DNA of 64,000 nucleotides from Sminthopsis crassicaudata (lineage: Eukaryota), in the NCBI RefSeq assembly GCF_048593235.1, contig NC_133618.1:453820947-453884946 (forward strand), given 5' to 3'. The notes under the pieces are model-generated. The model worked only from the letters and a program-made list of their open reading frames with translations, made no database searches and was not told where the DNA came from. Position 1 is the first letter of the stretch. Each line of letters opens with the position of its first letter. The translations under genes were made by a program, and so were the position numbers. Positions 38,158 to 51,978 of this stretch are shown in pieces.

Positions 38158-38772
38158 GCCTCTTTTCTTTTTAAAAATTTATCTAAATTTTTTTATTTTC
38201 AGTTTAAGATTTTCTTCCTTTATCTGTTTCTCCACTCCCCTACCCCCCATCCCACTGAGAAGGGAAGAAATATGATCCCCATTATACATATGAAGTCAAG
38301 GAAAGTACATTTTCCAGAAATCACATTGCAAGAAAAATAAAGTAAAAGAGAATGTTTCAGTCTTACTTAGAATTCATCAGTTCTTTCTCTGAAGGTGGAT
38401 AGTATTTGTCATCATCTGTCTTTTTGGAATGGTCATGGATTACTGTATTAATCATAGTAGTGAAGACTTTCAGTTTATTAATGTTACTATGTTGCTATTA
38501 CTATATATGATGTTTTTCTCATTTCACTTTGTATCAGTTCATATGGGTCTTTTCAGGTTTTTCTGAATGCATTCTTTAGTCATTTCTTACAGTATAATAG
38601 TATTGCTTCACAATCATATACCCCACCTTGTTTAAGCCAACTGATGGGTAATCCTTCAGTTTCTAATTCTTGGTCATCACAAAATTACTATAAATATTTT
38701 TGTATACATGGGTCCTTTTCCCTACTCTTTGATCTCTTTGGGGATATAGACCTTGTAGTGGTATTGCTGGAC
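38158..38772 (-). mobile_element. 5'-truncated L1
   Basis: TSD aaatatg at 38151-38157 and 38773-38779. Confidence 0.75.
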
Positions 38773-40600
38773 AAATATGATTTTGATACCTAAACCAGGA
38801 AAATTCAGAACAGAGAAAGAAAACTATAGAACAATGTTAATGGATATTGATGCAAACATTTTAAATAAAATATTAGGAAGGAGATTATGATAACATATAA
38901 CAAAGATTATATACTATTAACAAGTCTATTAAGTCTATCAAGAATGATAGACTAGTTCAATATTGGAAAATAAAAAATCATAACTGATCACATTGATATA
39001 AAAATAAATGATATGATTATGTCAGCAAAAGCACAAAAAAGCATGATATAATAACCTATGAAAAATACTAGAAAGCATAGATATAAATTTCTTAATTATA
39101 ATAAATAATATCTATGTAAAACCAAGACTCAATATTTCTACATTGGGGATAAATTATATGCCTTAACAGTACAAAGCAAGGATGTCCATTATCACCATTA
39201 CTATTCAAGATAGTGCCAGAATGCTAGCTATATCAATAAGAAAAATAAATTGAGGTTATAAGCATTGAGAAAGAGGAGCAGAATGATCTTTTTATTTTTC
39301 AGATGATATGATTTACCTAGAGAACCCTACAGAATCAACTAAAATGCTAATCAAACCAATTTGTAACTTTGGTAACATTGTAGGATCTAAAATAAACTCA
39401 TACAATCATCAGCATTTTTTAAATACTACCAACACAATCCTACAGGAAGAGAAAGAGAAATTCCACTTAAAATAGTATAAAATAGTTGGGAGTCTACTTG
39501 ACAAAAAACCCACATAGAAACAACATGAATACAACTACAAATTCCTCTTTATACAAATGAAGAGATATCCAAATGACTGGAGAAATATTGATAAAAATTG
39601 CTCGTGGATAGGATGAGCTAAGATAACAAAAATGATAATGCTACCTGAATTACTTTACTGATTCTGTGTGATACCAATCAAACTACTAGAGGATTACTTT
39701 ATAGAAAGAGAAAAACAATTACTAAATTCATCTGAAGCATCAAAAGGTCAAGAACTTCAAGGGAAATCATGAAAAAAAAATGGGAAAGAAAGGGATCTAA
39801 ATTCTAGATCTCAAACTATATAACAATACAATACATATTGAAACATTCTGGTACTGGGTAAGAAAGAGATTAGTGAATCAGTGAAATAGATCAGTTGATC
39901 AGTGAAACAGATTAGATATATAATATTACAGATGCAATTGAACATAGTAGCTTAGTGTTTGATAAACCCAAAGGTTCCAATTATTGGGGCAAGAATTCAC
40001 TATTGGACAAAACTATTGTGAAAAAATGGAAACAATCTGGCAGAAACTAGATATAGATTAATATCTTACAATATAAATTAAGGTAAGCTCCAAATAGGAA
40101 CTTGATTTAAACATAGTGATATCATAAATAAATTAGAGGAGCAAGGAATAAGCAAACCTTTTAAATCTATGGGTACAGTAAAAGTTCATGACCAAACAAA
40201 GAACAGACTCGTAGAAAATAAAATGGATGATTTTATTATATAAAATTTTTAAAAGTTTTTGTGCAAACTAAACCAAAGTAGGTAAAATGAGGAAAGGAGC
40301 AGGTAAATAGGAGGAAAATCTTTGCAGCAAGTTTCTCTGATAGTTCTTGTTTCATATGTATACATAAATTGTATTTATATATACATATATGTGGAATTGA
40401 TTCAAATTTTTAAAAATAAGAACCATTTATTAATAGATAAGTGGTCAAATATATGAATTGATAATTTTAAGGGGAAAAATGCAAATTATAAAGAACCATA
40501 TAAATCAATGCTCTAAATCACTAATTGAGAAAGGCAAATTAAACAACTTTGAGCTTACCATCTCACATCAATCAGAATGACAAGTTGACAAATGACAAAA

Positions 40601-40747
40601 TTTTTTTTTTTCTGAGGCAATTGGGGTTAAGTGACTTGCCCAGGGTCACACAGCTAGGAAGTGTTAAGTGTCTGAGACCAGATTTGAACTCAGGTCCTCC
40701 TGACTTTAGGGTTGGTGCTCTATCCACTGCACCACCTAACTGCCCCA
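40601..40747 (-). mobile_element. Young WSINE1-like SINE
   Basis: Poly-T followed by ctgaggcaattggggttaagtgac ... cacctaactgcccc. Confidence 0.88.
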
Positions 40748-41074
40748 ACAAATTACAAATGTTAGAGTTAATAGAGAACTTTATACATATCTGTAATGGG
40801 AAGAGAACATGAAACTGAAAACAAAATAAGACTGACATAAACAAACAAACAAGCCATGGTGCCTCATTTGGATGCTTCAAGTCAAGCTTGAAACTTATTC
40901 TATTTGTAAGTTATTATTCACAGGAAATTTTAAGCCTTCACTGTGATACATGGGACCTGAAAACAAAAGTTAAATTCAATGGGCTGTGGAGGGTGGAATT
41001 TTCTACCATTAATATCATGTACATTTGCAAAAAACCCCACATACTCTTTATTGTTACACACTTATCAGCTTCCC

Positions 41075-41322
41075 ACCTTGTATTTCGTTTTTGTTCAGTC
41101 CAGTCACGTTTGACTTCTTGGGACATTATTTGTTGTTTTCTTGGCAGATATTGGAGTGGTTTGCCACTTCCTTTTCCAGCTCATTTTGGATGAGGAAACT
41201 GAGCCAAACAGAAGTTAAATGATTGCTCAAGAGTCACATAGCTAATAAGTGTCTGAGGCTAGATTTGAACTTGGATCTTCCTGACTCCAGACTCAGAGCT
41301 CTGTCCATTTTGCCCCCAGCTG
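41075..41322 (-). mobile_element. MAR1-like SINE
   Basis: Reverse-complement tail, CORE and head. Confidence 0.8.
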
Positions 41323-42699
41323 CCCTCTGTATTCATCTTTGTTCTATGAGAACTGTTTCTTTTTAATCCAAATAAATTCTGTATATAACACCAAGGATAG
41401 TGAATTTTTCTTTCACTTCCTCCTATAATCTTCTTGTAGCATGGATAACAGCCTGGCATAGCGGAAAGTGCATTGGTTTGGGAAGAAGGAAAGCAAAGTC
41501 TCTAGTTTAATTTGTTTCGTGATCTCATGAAGTTTACCTTAAAAATCTGCAAATCTTTATTTCCTTGTCTGTAAAATGGTGATAATGTTTTCCCTACTTT
41601 TGTCACAAAGTGGTTGAAAATATGTGGTATAAAATTTTGGAAAGTATAGTGCTTTAGAATAAGGGATTATTTTAAACCTAGTACAGATACCTTCAACTAG
41701 CCGCTAGCTTGAAACTTTCTATTACTCAACCTGAATTAGCTATGGAAATGAAATATCTAAATTTTCCTCCCACACTTGTACTTGCTTTTAGACTGTCTTT
41801 GTCTCTACACCTACCATACATACCAATAACAAGATACTATGGAAATTATTTTAAAAGAGAGGTAAAATGTGGTGCAGGGGAAAAGAGGTCAGGGCTGGGT
41901 TGGAGGCGGCCTCCAACTTTGCTCTTGGAGTCTTGGTTTCTTCATTTAGAAGTGAAGGGGTTTCTAAAATAATCTTTAAGGTTCCATTTAACTTTGATAT
42001 TTTATATTCCAAAATTACTTCCATGTTTGACAATCATGGCTTCAGCGTGGAAAGAATTTGAAGCCAATGATAGAAATGTTGCTTGAGAATGATGCCCCCC
42101 TATGGTTCAATAAGGAATAAATTCTTGAAGAATAAGCTCCTTAGAAATGGGGAGATTCAATAGTAGCGAATAGGCAGAGGAAAACCAATTTTTTCTAACT
42201 TTACCCAACATAACTGCTTCCTCCCACAATGTGGTACCTCAGTCAACACAGGGATAATAAACATATTACGGGGTGCAACATCTTGATAGGCTACTTTTTA
42301 GAATGGTATCAGGCCTGGAAGGTGGGGGAAACAAACCAAATACAAGAACAGGTATATAATCCACATTTCTTCCCAAAATTTGAAGTTAAATTAGCTCAAA
42401 TTTAGTTTTAAAATAATTCATTCACCTGCAACATGCACCCAAGTTTAATATTGCAAAAGGCAATGGCATGTGGTGCTAGAGATGGTGGGCTTTAGTTCTA
42501 CCCACATACGACCTGGGATAAATCACTGCCATTCTCTGAGTTTTCTTTCAGCACTTATGTTCTATAAACTTATTATACTGGGTTATAATTCTTTCTTTCC
42601 CTTTCTGTTCTTTTTGAAGATTCTTAAGACATAACAGAACTACTCCAAGGCCTTCTAACTAGATTCCTCTTTGATTCCCGATGATGATAGGGTTTAGTC

Positions 42700-44240
42700 C
42701 CTTATAGTTATTTATTCATGATTATTTTTTAATGTTTCTCTTAACTCTACTGATTGCACTTTGATCATTATTTTTTCATCAGAATGCTTGGAAATCCTCA
42801 TTAAAGATCAATTTCTCTCTATTATCCTGAGTTTTGCTGGGCAAATTTTTGGCTGTAAGAGCAAATTCTGAGATTTTAATAGCAGTGGCTGGTAAATTGT
42901 GTGTGATCTTGAAGGTGGCTAATCAGTACTTGACATCTATCTTGTTTTCTCTGTTTGAAATATTGTTTCTTTGACATAGAAGCTTTGGATTTTGGTTATA
43001 ATGTTCCTAGAAATTTTCATTTTGACATTTCTTTGAGAAGATGATCAGTGGGCTCTGCCCTGTGGTACTAAGTATTTTAGGGAGTTTTATGATTTCTTGA
43101 AAAGAGATGTTTAGGCTTTTTTGGGGGGACATGGTCTTCAGGTAGTTCAATGATTCTCACATTTTCTCTTAATTTGTTTTCCAGGTAATTTCTTGTTGCT
43201 ATGAGATAATTTATATTTTCTTCTATTTTCAGTTTTTTGATATGTTAGTATTTCTTGCCTCATGGAGTTACTAGCTTCTATTTGCTTCATCAAAATTTTC
43301 AGGGAATTATTTTTGGAGACAAGGTCTTGTATCTTTTATTCCAACCTATTTATTCCTTTTCCAAATCTTTCTTCCTTAATTACAATTTCCCAGTTTTTCT
43401 CTGTTATTCTCATTTCATTAATTTTTTTAAATTTAAGAGAAATACTTGCTTTATATCTTCCAGACATTCTAGTTGAATTTGTGACCAGGTTGCAGTTTTC
43501 TTTGAGATTTTGCTTATAGGTATTTTAAAGTCATTCTTTTAACCTTTAATCTAGCCTTTTTATGGTATTCTTTTCTTGTTTTCTCTTCTTTCTAGCCTAC
43601 TTTCTAATTTGATATTAGGGCCAAAGTCTGCGCATTTCTATAGGCAAGGTCTGAGTTGACTGCTGCTTTCTTGGAGATAGAATGTGATGTTATTCCAATA
43701 TTTTAGAAACAGTTCTAACTGGGGACCTGTGAGCTTTCAGAATTCGCAGTGACCTGATCCAGCACAATCTGATTGTTGCCTTCGTGCTCTGAATTCTGCA
43801 AGTTCCTGGGCTTGAGTCTGAGTAACAGTGGACTGTTGCTGGACCTAGTCATTATTAGCCAGCTGGAAAGCTCTATTGGTTCAGAATGACAGAACTGTAA
43901 GCTCCTTTTTGTTCTAGGATTACTGCTATAATTATTCCTTTTCAGGCTTCAGACTGGACAAGCAGCTAAACTGACACTGCTCCCTCCTCTCTTGGCATCT
44001 GAACACTAAGCTGTTGCTTGCTTCTGAACTTGTTCTTTGCCCTCAGTTCACAGTAATGACTCTTTCTGACTATGGAATGTCACCTGTAGGCACAGGTATT
44101 CTCAGTTCAACTGGATCCCTGACCTAGAATTGAATATAAGCAACAGTTGACACTTGGCACCTATTCCTGTATTTTATATAAGCTTAGGTTCCTAAATGCT
44201 GGAACTGGGACCTTCTCTTACTGTGGCATATAGGTTCCTC
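42700..44240 (-). mobile_element. Old L1 (ORF1 + 5' UTR)
   Basis: T-rich reverse-complement ORF1 followed by 5' UTR motifs similar to 26330-26961. Confidence 0.65.
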
Positions 44241-44504
44241 CTGTGCTAGAATGCTCTGTTAGAATACCCTTGGTCAGACCCATCTCTAGGGTCCATACCT
44301 CTATTTATTTTCCTTTGTCAATCTGCATTGTAAATATAACTCACTGTTACTTTTTTTCTTTCATATCCTAATCAGGATTTATTTTAGTGCATATTCTAGA
44401 TCTGGAGGAGTTTGAAAGGGATATAGGGCTTAATTGCTTGTATTTCCTGTTGTTTCTCCGTCTTGGCTATATTTCCCTCTCCACTCCTTTCAAGATTACT
44501 TACA

Positions 44505-45710
44505 AAAAAACAGTCTGAGAGATATTGGTTATAGATCAAACTCTCACACCATATATCAATGAGCTCCAAATAGATACTTGAATTACACACAGAAGATGGC
44601 ATTCAAGAATAACATTCATTATAAAGAGGAGCAAGGAAGACATTTCCTGTCAGTTCTATGAAGAAGGGAAAAGTTCTTGACCAAACAAGGGATAGAGAAT
44701 TAAAATGATAAAATGGACAATTTTCATTATATAAAATTTAAAAAGTTTTTGCACAAACAAAACCAAAGCAACTAAAATTATAAAGGAAGTGGGTAATTGG
44801 GGAAAAACAAACATTTTACAGCCAAGTATTTCCAATAAAGTCCAATTTCTAAGAAATCTAAAGAGCTGACTAAAACTGACAAAAATGCCGTTTTTTTCAA
44901 TTGATATAAAGGTTAAAGGATTAAGGCAGTTTTCAAAGAAAGAATTCCAAGTTCTATTTTAAAAATCCTACAAATCATTGATAATTAGAAAATGCTGATT
45001 AAAACAAGTCTAAGGAACCATCTCACATCCTTCACATAGTTGGCAGACAAAAGAAAAAAAAAAAAGACAAATGTTGGAGGGACTGTGAGAAAACTGGCAC
45101 ATTAATGTACTATTCTGTTGCTGTGAATTGGCCCAGTCATTCTGAAAAGAAATTTGGAACTATACCCCCAAAGTTACTAAACTGTGTACCCTTTGGCCCA
45201 GTGACAGCAGTTTTAGGTCTTTGTCCCAAAGAGATCAAAAAAAAGGAAAAGGACTTATATATAGAAAGCATTCAAAATAGCCCTTTTTTATGGTGGCAAA
45301 GAACTGGATTCTAATGGGATACCCAGAAATTGGGAAATGACTGGACAAATTATGGTATACAAATATGTAATATTATTTTGGTATAAAAATTGATAATTAT
45401 GGTTATATAGAAATCTGGGAAGACATATGAATTGATGTAGAGTGAACTGAGAAGAAATAGAATAATTTATAAAACAAACATGTTAAAGACAAGTAATTCC
45501 TCTTAAGAACTATGATCAATGCCTATTCACTATTGCAGAGGGGAGATGTTAAAAATGTCCATATTCTGCCAGAGGATTTAGACGTATAATTTGTACATGG
45601 CCAGTATTTGAATTCATTTTGCTTGCACATTTATTATAAGGGTTTGCTTTTATTTTCAATGAGGGGTAGTGGTGGGAGAAAAATTGATTGTTAAATATTT
45701 TTAAAAAGTG
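44505..45710 (+). mobile_element. Old L1 ORF2 3' end + 3' UTR
   Basis: Degenerate ORF2 C-terminal motifs. Confidence 0.7.
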
Positions 45711-46299
45711 CTTATCCTTGAACTAAATACTCTTGAGATCTGAGTTAAAATCTCAGCTATTTCCTTTATTGAGTGTACAAAGAAATTACTTTTCCTTTTC
45801 TACTTCCCCTCCCCTTTAAAATGAGAATACAGTACCTATCTCATAGAGTAATTATGAGAAAAGCACTTTTAAAAACTTACAGCACTATGTAAATGTTTGT
45901 TATTAATGATTACAAGAAATATAGTTTTCTTAGATGTTATTTATACTAAACCTGTACAATATGGTGAAAAAAGTATTGTGGAACCAAAAGTTCTGGGTTC
46001 CATTCTTGGTTTTATAACTCATTAGCCTTTTCCCCTTCTGCTCTGTTTTCTCATCTGTAAAATGATTTGGTTGTTTTCAATGCTCTCATATCCTGTAAAA
46101 TGCCACACAAAATGATTTCCCTTCTATTACCATATCATTTCAGTTGGAATTCATCTAATTTAACCCATACAAGAAAAGGAACCACCTTGATAAATACACC
46201 AGTCACCAATTTGCCCCCTTCAAAAAGGAGGACTAAGGCAATTTATTCCACTTTTGAACAGCTCTATTTCTTACTGAAAAATTCTCTGATCAAGTCTAG

Positions 46300-48290
46300 A
46301 TTTAATCCACTGCTTCTGCTTCTGCTTTCTGGGGTTAAACAGTTCATATCTAATACTTCTAAATAACTTACCTTCAAAATGCTTCAAGATATTTTGCCCA
46401 CCTTAAATCTTTTCCAACTAGAGTCTTAGTTCCTTAGTTCCATCATCTTGAGGTCTTTCAATTTTTTTTGCTCCCTTTTGGTGCCTCCCAGTCTATTAAC
46501 AAACATCCTTTCTAAACTGTAGCAGCCCAAAATGACCATAATACTTCATTTGTGGTCTGACTAGAGCAGAGCCCACAGTAGGACTATCACCTTGGAAATT
46601 CCAAAACAGTATGCATTTCTTAAGACAACCTAGAACTGTGCTTTTGTTTTTGTTTTGGCTGCCATGTTATACAATTGACTCACTTTGAGCTTGTAACTGC
46701 TAACTTTACCATCTCTTATCCTCCCAACTTTTTCAAACTATTTATTCATGTCTCTTTCATCTTGTATTTATGAAATTAATTTTAACTCAAATATAAAAAT
46801 TCACATTTGCCCTTGTTAATCTTATTTGGCCCAGTGTTAGATGATTAAGATCTATAAAAATCTTGGCAAACAATACTTTAGTTATTCCTCCTGGCTTCAG
46901 TAACCTATAAATCTGACAAACACATCAACTGTATCTTTATCCCAATTGTCAAAAATATTAAATAACAGGGCCAATCACAGATCCCTGGGGGCACTCCACT
47001 GGAGATCTTTTTCCAAATTGATACTGAATATTTTTGGGTTTGCCCATTCAACCAGCTCCAAATATGTTGTCCAGTGCTCATCTCTCCATCTCATTCAGCT
47101 GAATAGCATGAGATTTTGTCAAAGACTTTGCTAAAAATCTAAGCAGACTATCATTCCAGTTGCCAATTCTTTCGGTTTTTAAAAAATGTTATTCATTTGG
47201 TGAATTAAGCTTATCTTTAGTAGCTAGCTTTATTACAATTTCTATTTTTGGCCTCAACTGTGTCTCTTTTCCATTACACAAATTATTCTTGGCATAGAAA
47301 AATGTAAAGAATTCAGCAGTTTTGCCTCCTCATTGTGGTCAGGTTATCATCCCATCCATCCTGAGCAACTGTCTTTTCCATCTGAGTGAATAAAATTCCT
47401 TTATAATGCTACCTGCTCTTGTTTTAGTCTTCTATGCATGTTTCTTTTAAAAACTAAATTGGTAAGTTATCCTGAACATCCACTCTTCAGATATTTTCTC
47501 CTTTTCCAGGGAATGGTTTGTGTCATCGTCATTCTTTTTTGCTGATGCCTTTAAATTTGCTCTTCCCAAAATGAAATGTCAGATTTGACTTTTCACTATC
47601 ACATATTTGGAGATGGAATCTTTTGAAGTTCTCATTTTCACCTCAACAACCAGTTTCTCCCTGTTGGTAAGAACTTGATTCAAAACAGAATTTTTTTCCT
47701 TTTAGACTTACTAGCCTTTTAAATGGTGAAAGCAAGACCATTCTTAGATATTCTGCATTTGACAGAGCCAAGACCACCAGCACTTGTCATGATAACCAAA
47801 GATCTCCATTAATACATCATGACTCAGCACTAGGCTCATCTCTTTCTGAAGACATATGGTCTATATTGCTGATCACAAAATTGTTTCTTCCTTCCTTGAT
47901 CTTGACTCAGTGCTAGGCTTATATTCTTTTTCCAAAGAGGTGGCTGGTTCATATCACTGATGACAAAATTTTTTTCCCCTTTGTTTTAAAATGTCCTACA
48001 TCATTCCCTCTTCTTTGATTTCTTCATATGCCTTAATATATACTGCCTCACCATACTTTCATTTTAAAATTATGAATAAGGTATGCCTTTCTGAAGCCAT
48101 AATTGCTATGTATCTCATCCAACCAAATCCTAATTATACCTATGAAATCAAATTGCTTCCTTGTACTAGGATCTGATTCTTCTTGTTTCTGGTCCATGCT
48201 TGATCTATCTTTGCACAAATACCTAAGGCATAGTTTTCATTACTGGCTTTTTTCTTTGGTCTGACTAAAGCCTCACAACAGCCCTATCAG
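46300..48290 (-). mobile_element. L3/CR1 LINE remnant
   Basis: The reverse complement of 46951-46997 is a frameshifted GVPQGSVIGPVLFNIF RT motif. Confidence 0.75.
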
Positions 48291-49344
48291 ATGATATATT
48301 GTTTCTACTTTTCAGATTAGAAAACTGAAGTGCCTAGATAGAAAACTGAGGTAGGACTGATCTACTCGGCTAAATTCCCAGTAAATATAAGTTAGGATTA
48401 AAACCTTAGGATCACTCATATTAGTCCGTGACTAACACACCCTTTAGCTACTTATGTTTACATTGTTAGCTATATTTTGAAACCTGTTGAATACAAGAGA
48501 AATGGGTATGATGCTTCCGAGAGAAAATTAAAAGAGGATCAAATTCTTCTGGGACTAAGAGAATGGTCCAAGTGGGAAGAAAAAAGTGTGACTTGTTATA
48601 TTCAAGCCTTTATTGAATTCCATCTACATTACTGCAAGGGCCTCCTATTTGGTATCCTTGGTTGAGGTCTCATCCACACTGGGCCACTAACATACTGTTG
48701 TCCAAATGATTTTAAGAGGAAATCTGACCATGTGATTCCCTTACTTAATCAACTTCTATTCTAGGATAAAATATAAACCCTGTTTAACCTTTAAAGACTT
48801 CTACAGCCATGTCCCAACATATCTTTCTATTCTCCTTGGACATTACTACCTTTAGCACTCTGTGATCCAGCTAAATTGGCCTTCTCTTGCATCTTCTCAC
48901 ACAACACTGCCTTTGCACTGGCCATTCCACATGGCAGCAATGCTTTATCTCTTTACTTTTGCCTCAGAATCCCTCTCTTAAAATACAGCTCAAGCATTAC
49001 CTTTTATTCATTTTATACTTATGCTGTTAATGTCTATGTGTATTTGTGTTTCCCTCCCTCCCTTTCCAGAATGTAAGCTCCTTTTGAGGGAAGATTGTTT
49101 CATTCTTTTGTATTTGTATCTTCAGAACCAAGGACACAGTAGGCACTTAATACATGCTTGTTGGTTGATGATGGAAAATCTTGCCATAATACCTAGATGA
49201 ACAGTGGAGGAAAGATAGTGACAAAAATTTCCATGCAGCATAATGGAGACTCACTTTCTCTGATAGGGAGCTAAGTAATCTTAAAGCAAATGAGACCTAC
49301 TTCAGTGGGAAAGGCTTTTCCCACAACAGGCTGGTGATGTTCTT

Positions 49345-49605
49345 TCAAATTTTTTTGTTCGTTTTTATTAAATTTTTTTTAAAGTTCACTGATCATCACA
49401 AAAACCCAGTAAATGCAACTAAAGATAAAACAAAATGTCCAACCAAGATCTAAGAACCCAGAGCTAAGGGGAGACATGACACTGTGCTGCACGGTGCGCA
49501 CATAGGGCAAAGTGACGCATGTGTGCAGCAGACAGCTGTGGACAGAAACAAGAGGAAAAAGAGAGTGTGTGTGTAGGGGAATGGGGTGGGGGAAGAGGGC
49601 AGGTG
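49345..49605 (-). other. NSFL1C: NSFL1C 3' UTR (3' end approximate)
   Basis: Runs from the stop codon to just past the AATAAA at 49364-49369. Confidence 0.8.
49364..49369 (-). terminator. NSFL1C: NSFL1C polyadenylation signal
   Basis: AATAAA about 240 nt after the stop codon. Confidence 0.75.
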
Positions 49606-49768
49606 TTATATTAACCGCTGGACAATGACAGCGTTGAGCAGATTGGCCTCCTTCAAGGTCTGGCTCTCATCAGCCAGCTCTTTGTTTGGAAAGGTGGTCA
49701 TAAGGACAAAGCTCATGGCTGCCATCGCTGGCCGGGCGTCGACAATGAAAAGCCGGATATCGCTGATC
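49606..49768 (-). CDS. NSFL1C: NSFL1C (p47) last coding exon, UBX C-terminal half
   Basis: Acceptor ttcctttcttgtaccag; (R)[53 protein letters not shown]; 163 nt, phase consistent with the previous exon. Confidence 0.97.
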
Positions 49769-51338
49769 CTGGTACAAGAAAGGAAAACAAGAATGTCACC
49801 CTGGTACACTTTCTGATGCTTCAAGGAAGGTAGTAAAAGAATGGAGAGACCCTTTGATCCTCTTCCCAGGGTCCTCCTACCATTGTTATTGCCTAAAAAT
49901 GGGGACAGCACACATGACCATCACCTATGAATACTAATGAGGATAGCAACTTTTGAATTAAAAGAACCACAGAATATTAGAGCCAGAAGGATACTTAAGT
50001 TTTTTTTTCCAGCCATGGGATCAGAGTTCTAGACCTGGGAAAGACCTTCAAAGAAGGAACAGAAGTTAAGTATGAAAAAGCAATGTGCTTAATGTCACAT
50101 AAGTTAGTGGCAGAATTGACACTATGATCCAGGCCAGTACTTTCTTGACAGAAGTGCCTTAGTAGTTGTAATGATTATCAGATTTAGCTGGACCCTTTCC
50201 TCCTCTTTCCCTTTCCTCCAGGAGATATGTTTCAGATTCCCATTTAAGACAGGTGAAATTTATGTTATAAAATACTTTGACCTTAGAGAAGAACATAGTA
50301 CATGGGCATCAGGCCATTTCCTTTACAATCCTAAAGTAGGTGATAAAAATATCATCTCAGAGGGTTGAAGTGACCTGACCCAAGTCATATGAATATTTAA
50401 TCCAATATATGCTGCTTCTTTTTTCTTCATTGCTTAGCTACTACTATTCCTAGTAGAGAAGTTATATGCTTCATGCTTTAAAGATCAAAAAAATAAAAAC
50501 TTTACAGCAAATATATTTTTCCCCCTGGGTCCACAATATCAATTTTTACATGTCTGTGCACAGAGCACAGACTGATGAAACAGAGATTCAATAGTTCCAG
50601 TTCATAAAGGAAGGTCAACATTTATGGGTACATATTCTCAGGGTTGAAATGTTCCCTGATCTGAAGAAATAAAAAGCCAAATGCCTCTTAGATTGCCCAG
50701 ACTGGCATCCCTTTCTATACTAACTCTGTTAATGAACTGGGATGCCTGTCTGATTCTATTAAAAGTGGTACAAAAATATCTATAGCAGCTCTTTTTGTGA
50801 ACTTGGGAATGTCTGAATAAATTGTAGCAAATGACTATAATTGAATACTACTGTGTTATAAGAAATTATGGAAGGGATGTTTTCAGAAGAACCTGAAAAA
50901 ACCTGCATGAACTGAGGCAAAATGAAGTGAGAAGAACCAAAAGAATATTGTACATAGTAACATCAATATTATAATGATAAACAACTGTGAGACTTATTCC
51001 CTCTGATCAATAAAATGATCCATGACAATTCCAAAGGGCTCATAATTAAAAATGCTATTCACCTTCAGAGAAAGAGCTGATGAACTCTGGAGTGTAGGGC
51101 ATTATATGATTTCTTTATTTTTCTATCTTTTCCCCCCTTAGCAGGGTAATGTAAAAATACATTTTATATGATTTCATATGTATAATGGGTATTACATTTC
51201 TTATCTTCTCAATTGGTAGGGGAGAGGCCAGAGAGAGGGAGAAAATTTGAAACTGAAAATAAAATTAAAAGGAAAAAAGAAAAAAGTGGTCTCCACTCTC
51301 AAAGATAATTTCTGGGTAAAAAAAAACTACTAATTTAC

Positions 51339-51503
51339 CTGTGACGGTGGTTAAACTTCTGCACCAGTCTCCCGCCATCAGCGAGCCGGATTTGGATGTT
51401 GGTTGTGGGCTCTGATTCATCAATTGCGATGGAGGAACTGGCTTTGGCTTCATTTTCAGCCTGCTGGGCTGGAGAGCTTGTGTTCAATACCTGGGGGGTA
51501 GTG
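51339..51503 (-). CDS. NSFL1C: NSFL1C penultimate coding exon, UBX N-terminal half
   Basis: Acceptor ctccttccccag and donor AG|gtaaat; (S)[54 protein letters not shown]; 165 nt. Confidence 0.97.
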
Positions 51504-51830
51504 CTGGGGAAGGAGAAATTTTTGCACAGAAACACTCATATTTTGGAATAATAATGCATTTTAAATTCTTATTAAAGTTTCGTATCAGCTCTACAGAGAT
51601 GTTTTCTTTCCTGTAGTTTTTGGTATTTTCACAATGACCCAGATATCTTTATGCTGTAGGTCAAATTAGCACTCCATCCTTGAATTTTGCTTGTCATTTA
51701 ATTTCTTTTAAAATTTCTACTCTTAATCCTTTTGAGTCTCGAGCTTGTGATAATTTGCTTGGCAACTTAGCTGCTATGCTTCACTTTAATAATTGTTATG
51801 ATTACTAAGACTATAATTAGAAACATAAGT

Positions 51831-51978
51831 TGCATGGCTATAAGTAATGGAACTAAGGAATTAAAAATGAGCATTCCATACAACAGCAGTGAAAAAGGAG
51901 ATAGTGCATGGCTATAAGTAATGGAACTAAGGAATTAAAAATGAGCATTCCATACAACAGCAGTGAAAAAGGAGATAG
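51831..51978. repeat. Perfect 74-bp tandem duplication (2 copies)
   Basis: 51831-51904 is identical to 51905-51978. Confidence 0.97.

Larger units (their letters stand above)
36697..40790 (+). mobile_element. Old L1 ORF2 interrupted by four later insertions
   Basis: The host sequence (MDEYLQKYKL-type motif and RT-region motifs) is continuous across TSD-flanked inserts at 36705-36849, 36880-37918, 38158-38772 and 40601-40747. Confidence 0.75.

Noticed and set aside
42093-42105. CTCF-like motif
   Set aside because: Three mismatches in the core.
42700-45710. Second head-to-head L1 arrangement as twin priming
   Set aside because: The pieces are several kb apart on the L1 map and separated by ~250 bp of other sequence; independent insertions are more likely.
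49769-49911. N-terminal half of the 101-aa track ORF
   Set aside because: Intronic read-through upstream of the true acceptor at 49769-49770.
50572-50664. C/D snoRNA (ctgatga ... ctga)
   Set aside because: Antisense to the host gene, imperfect C box, no terminal stem.
51831-51978. CRISPR-like array
   Set aside because: Two abutting units with no spacers, in a eukaryotic intron.
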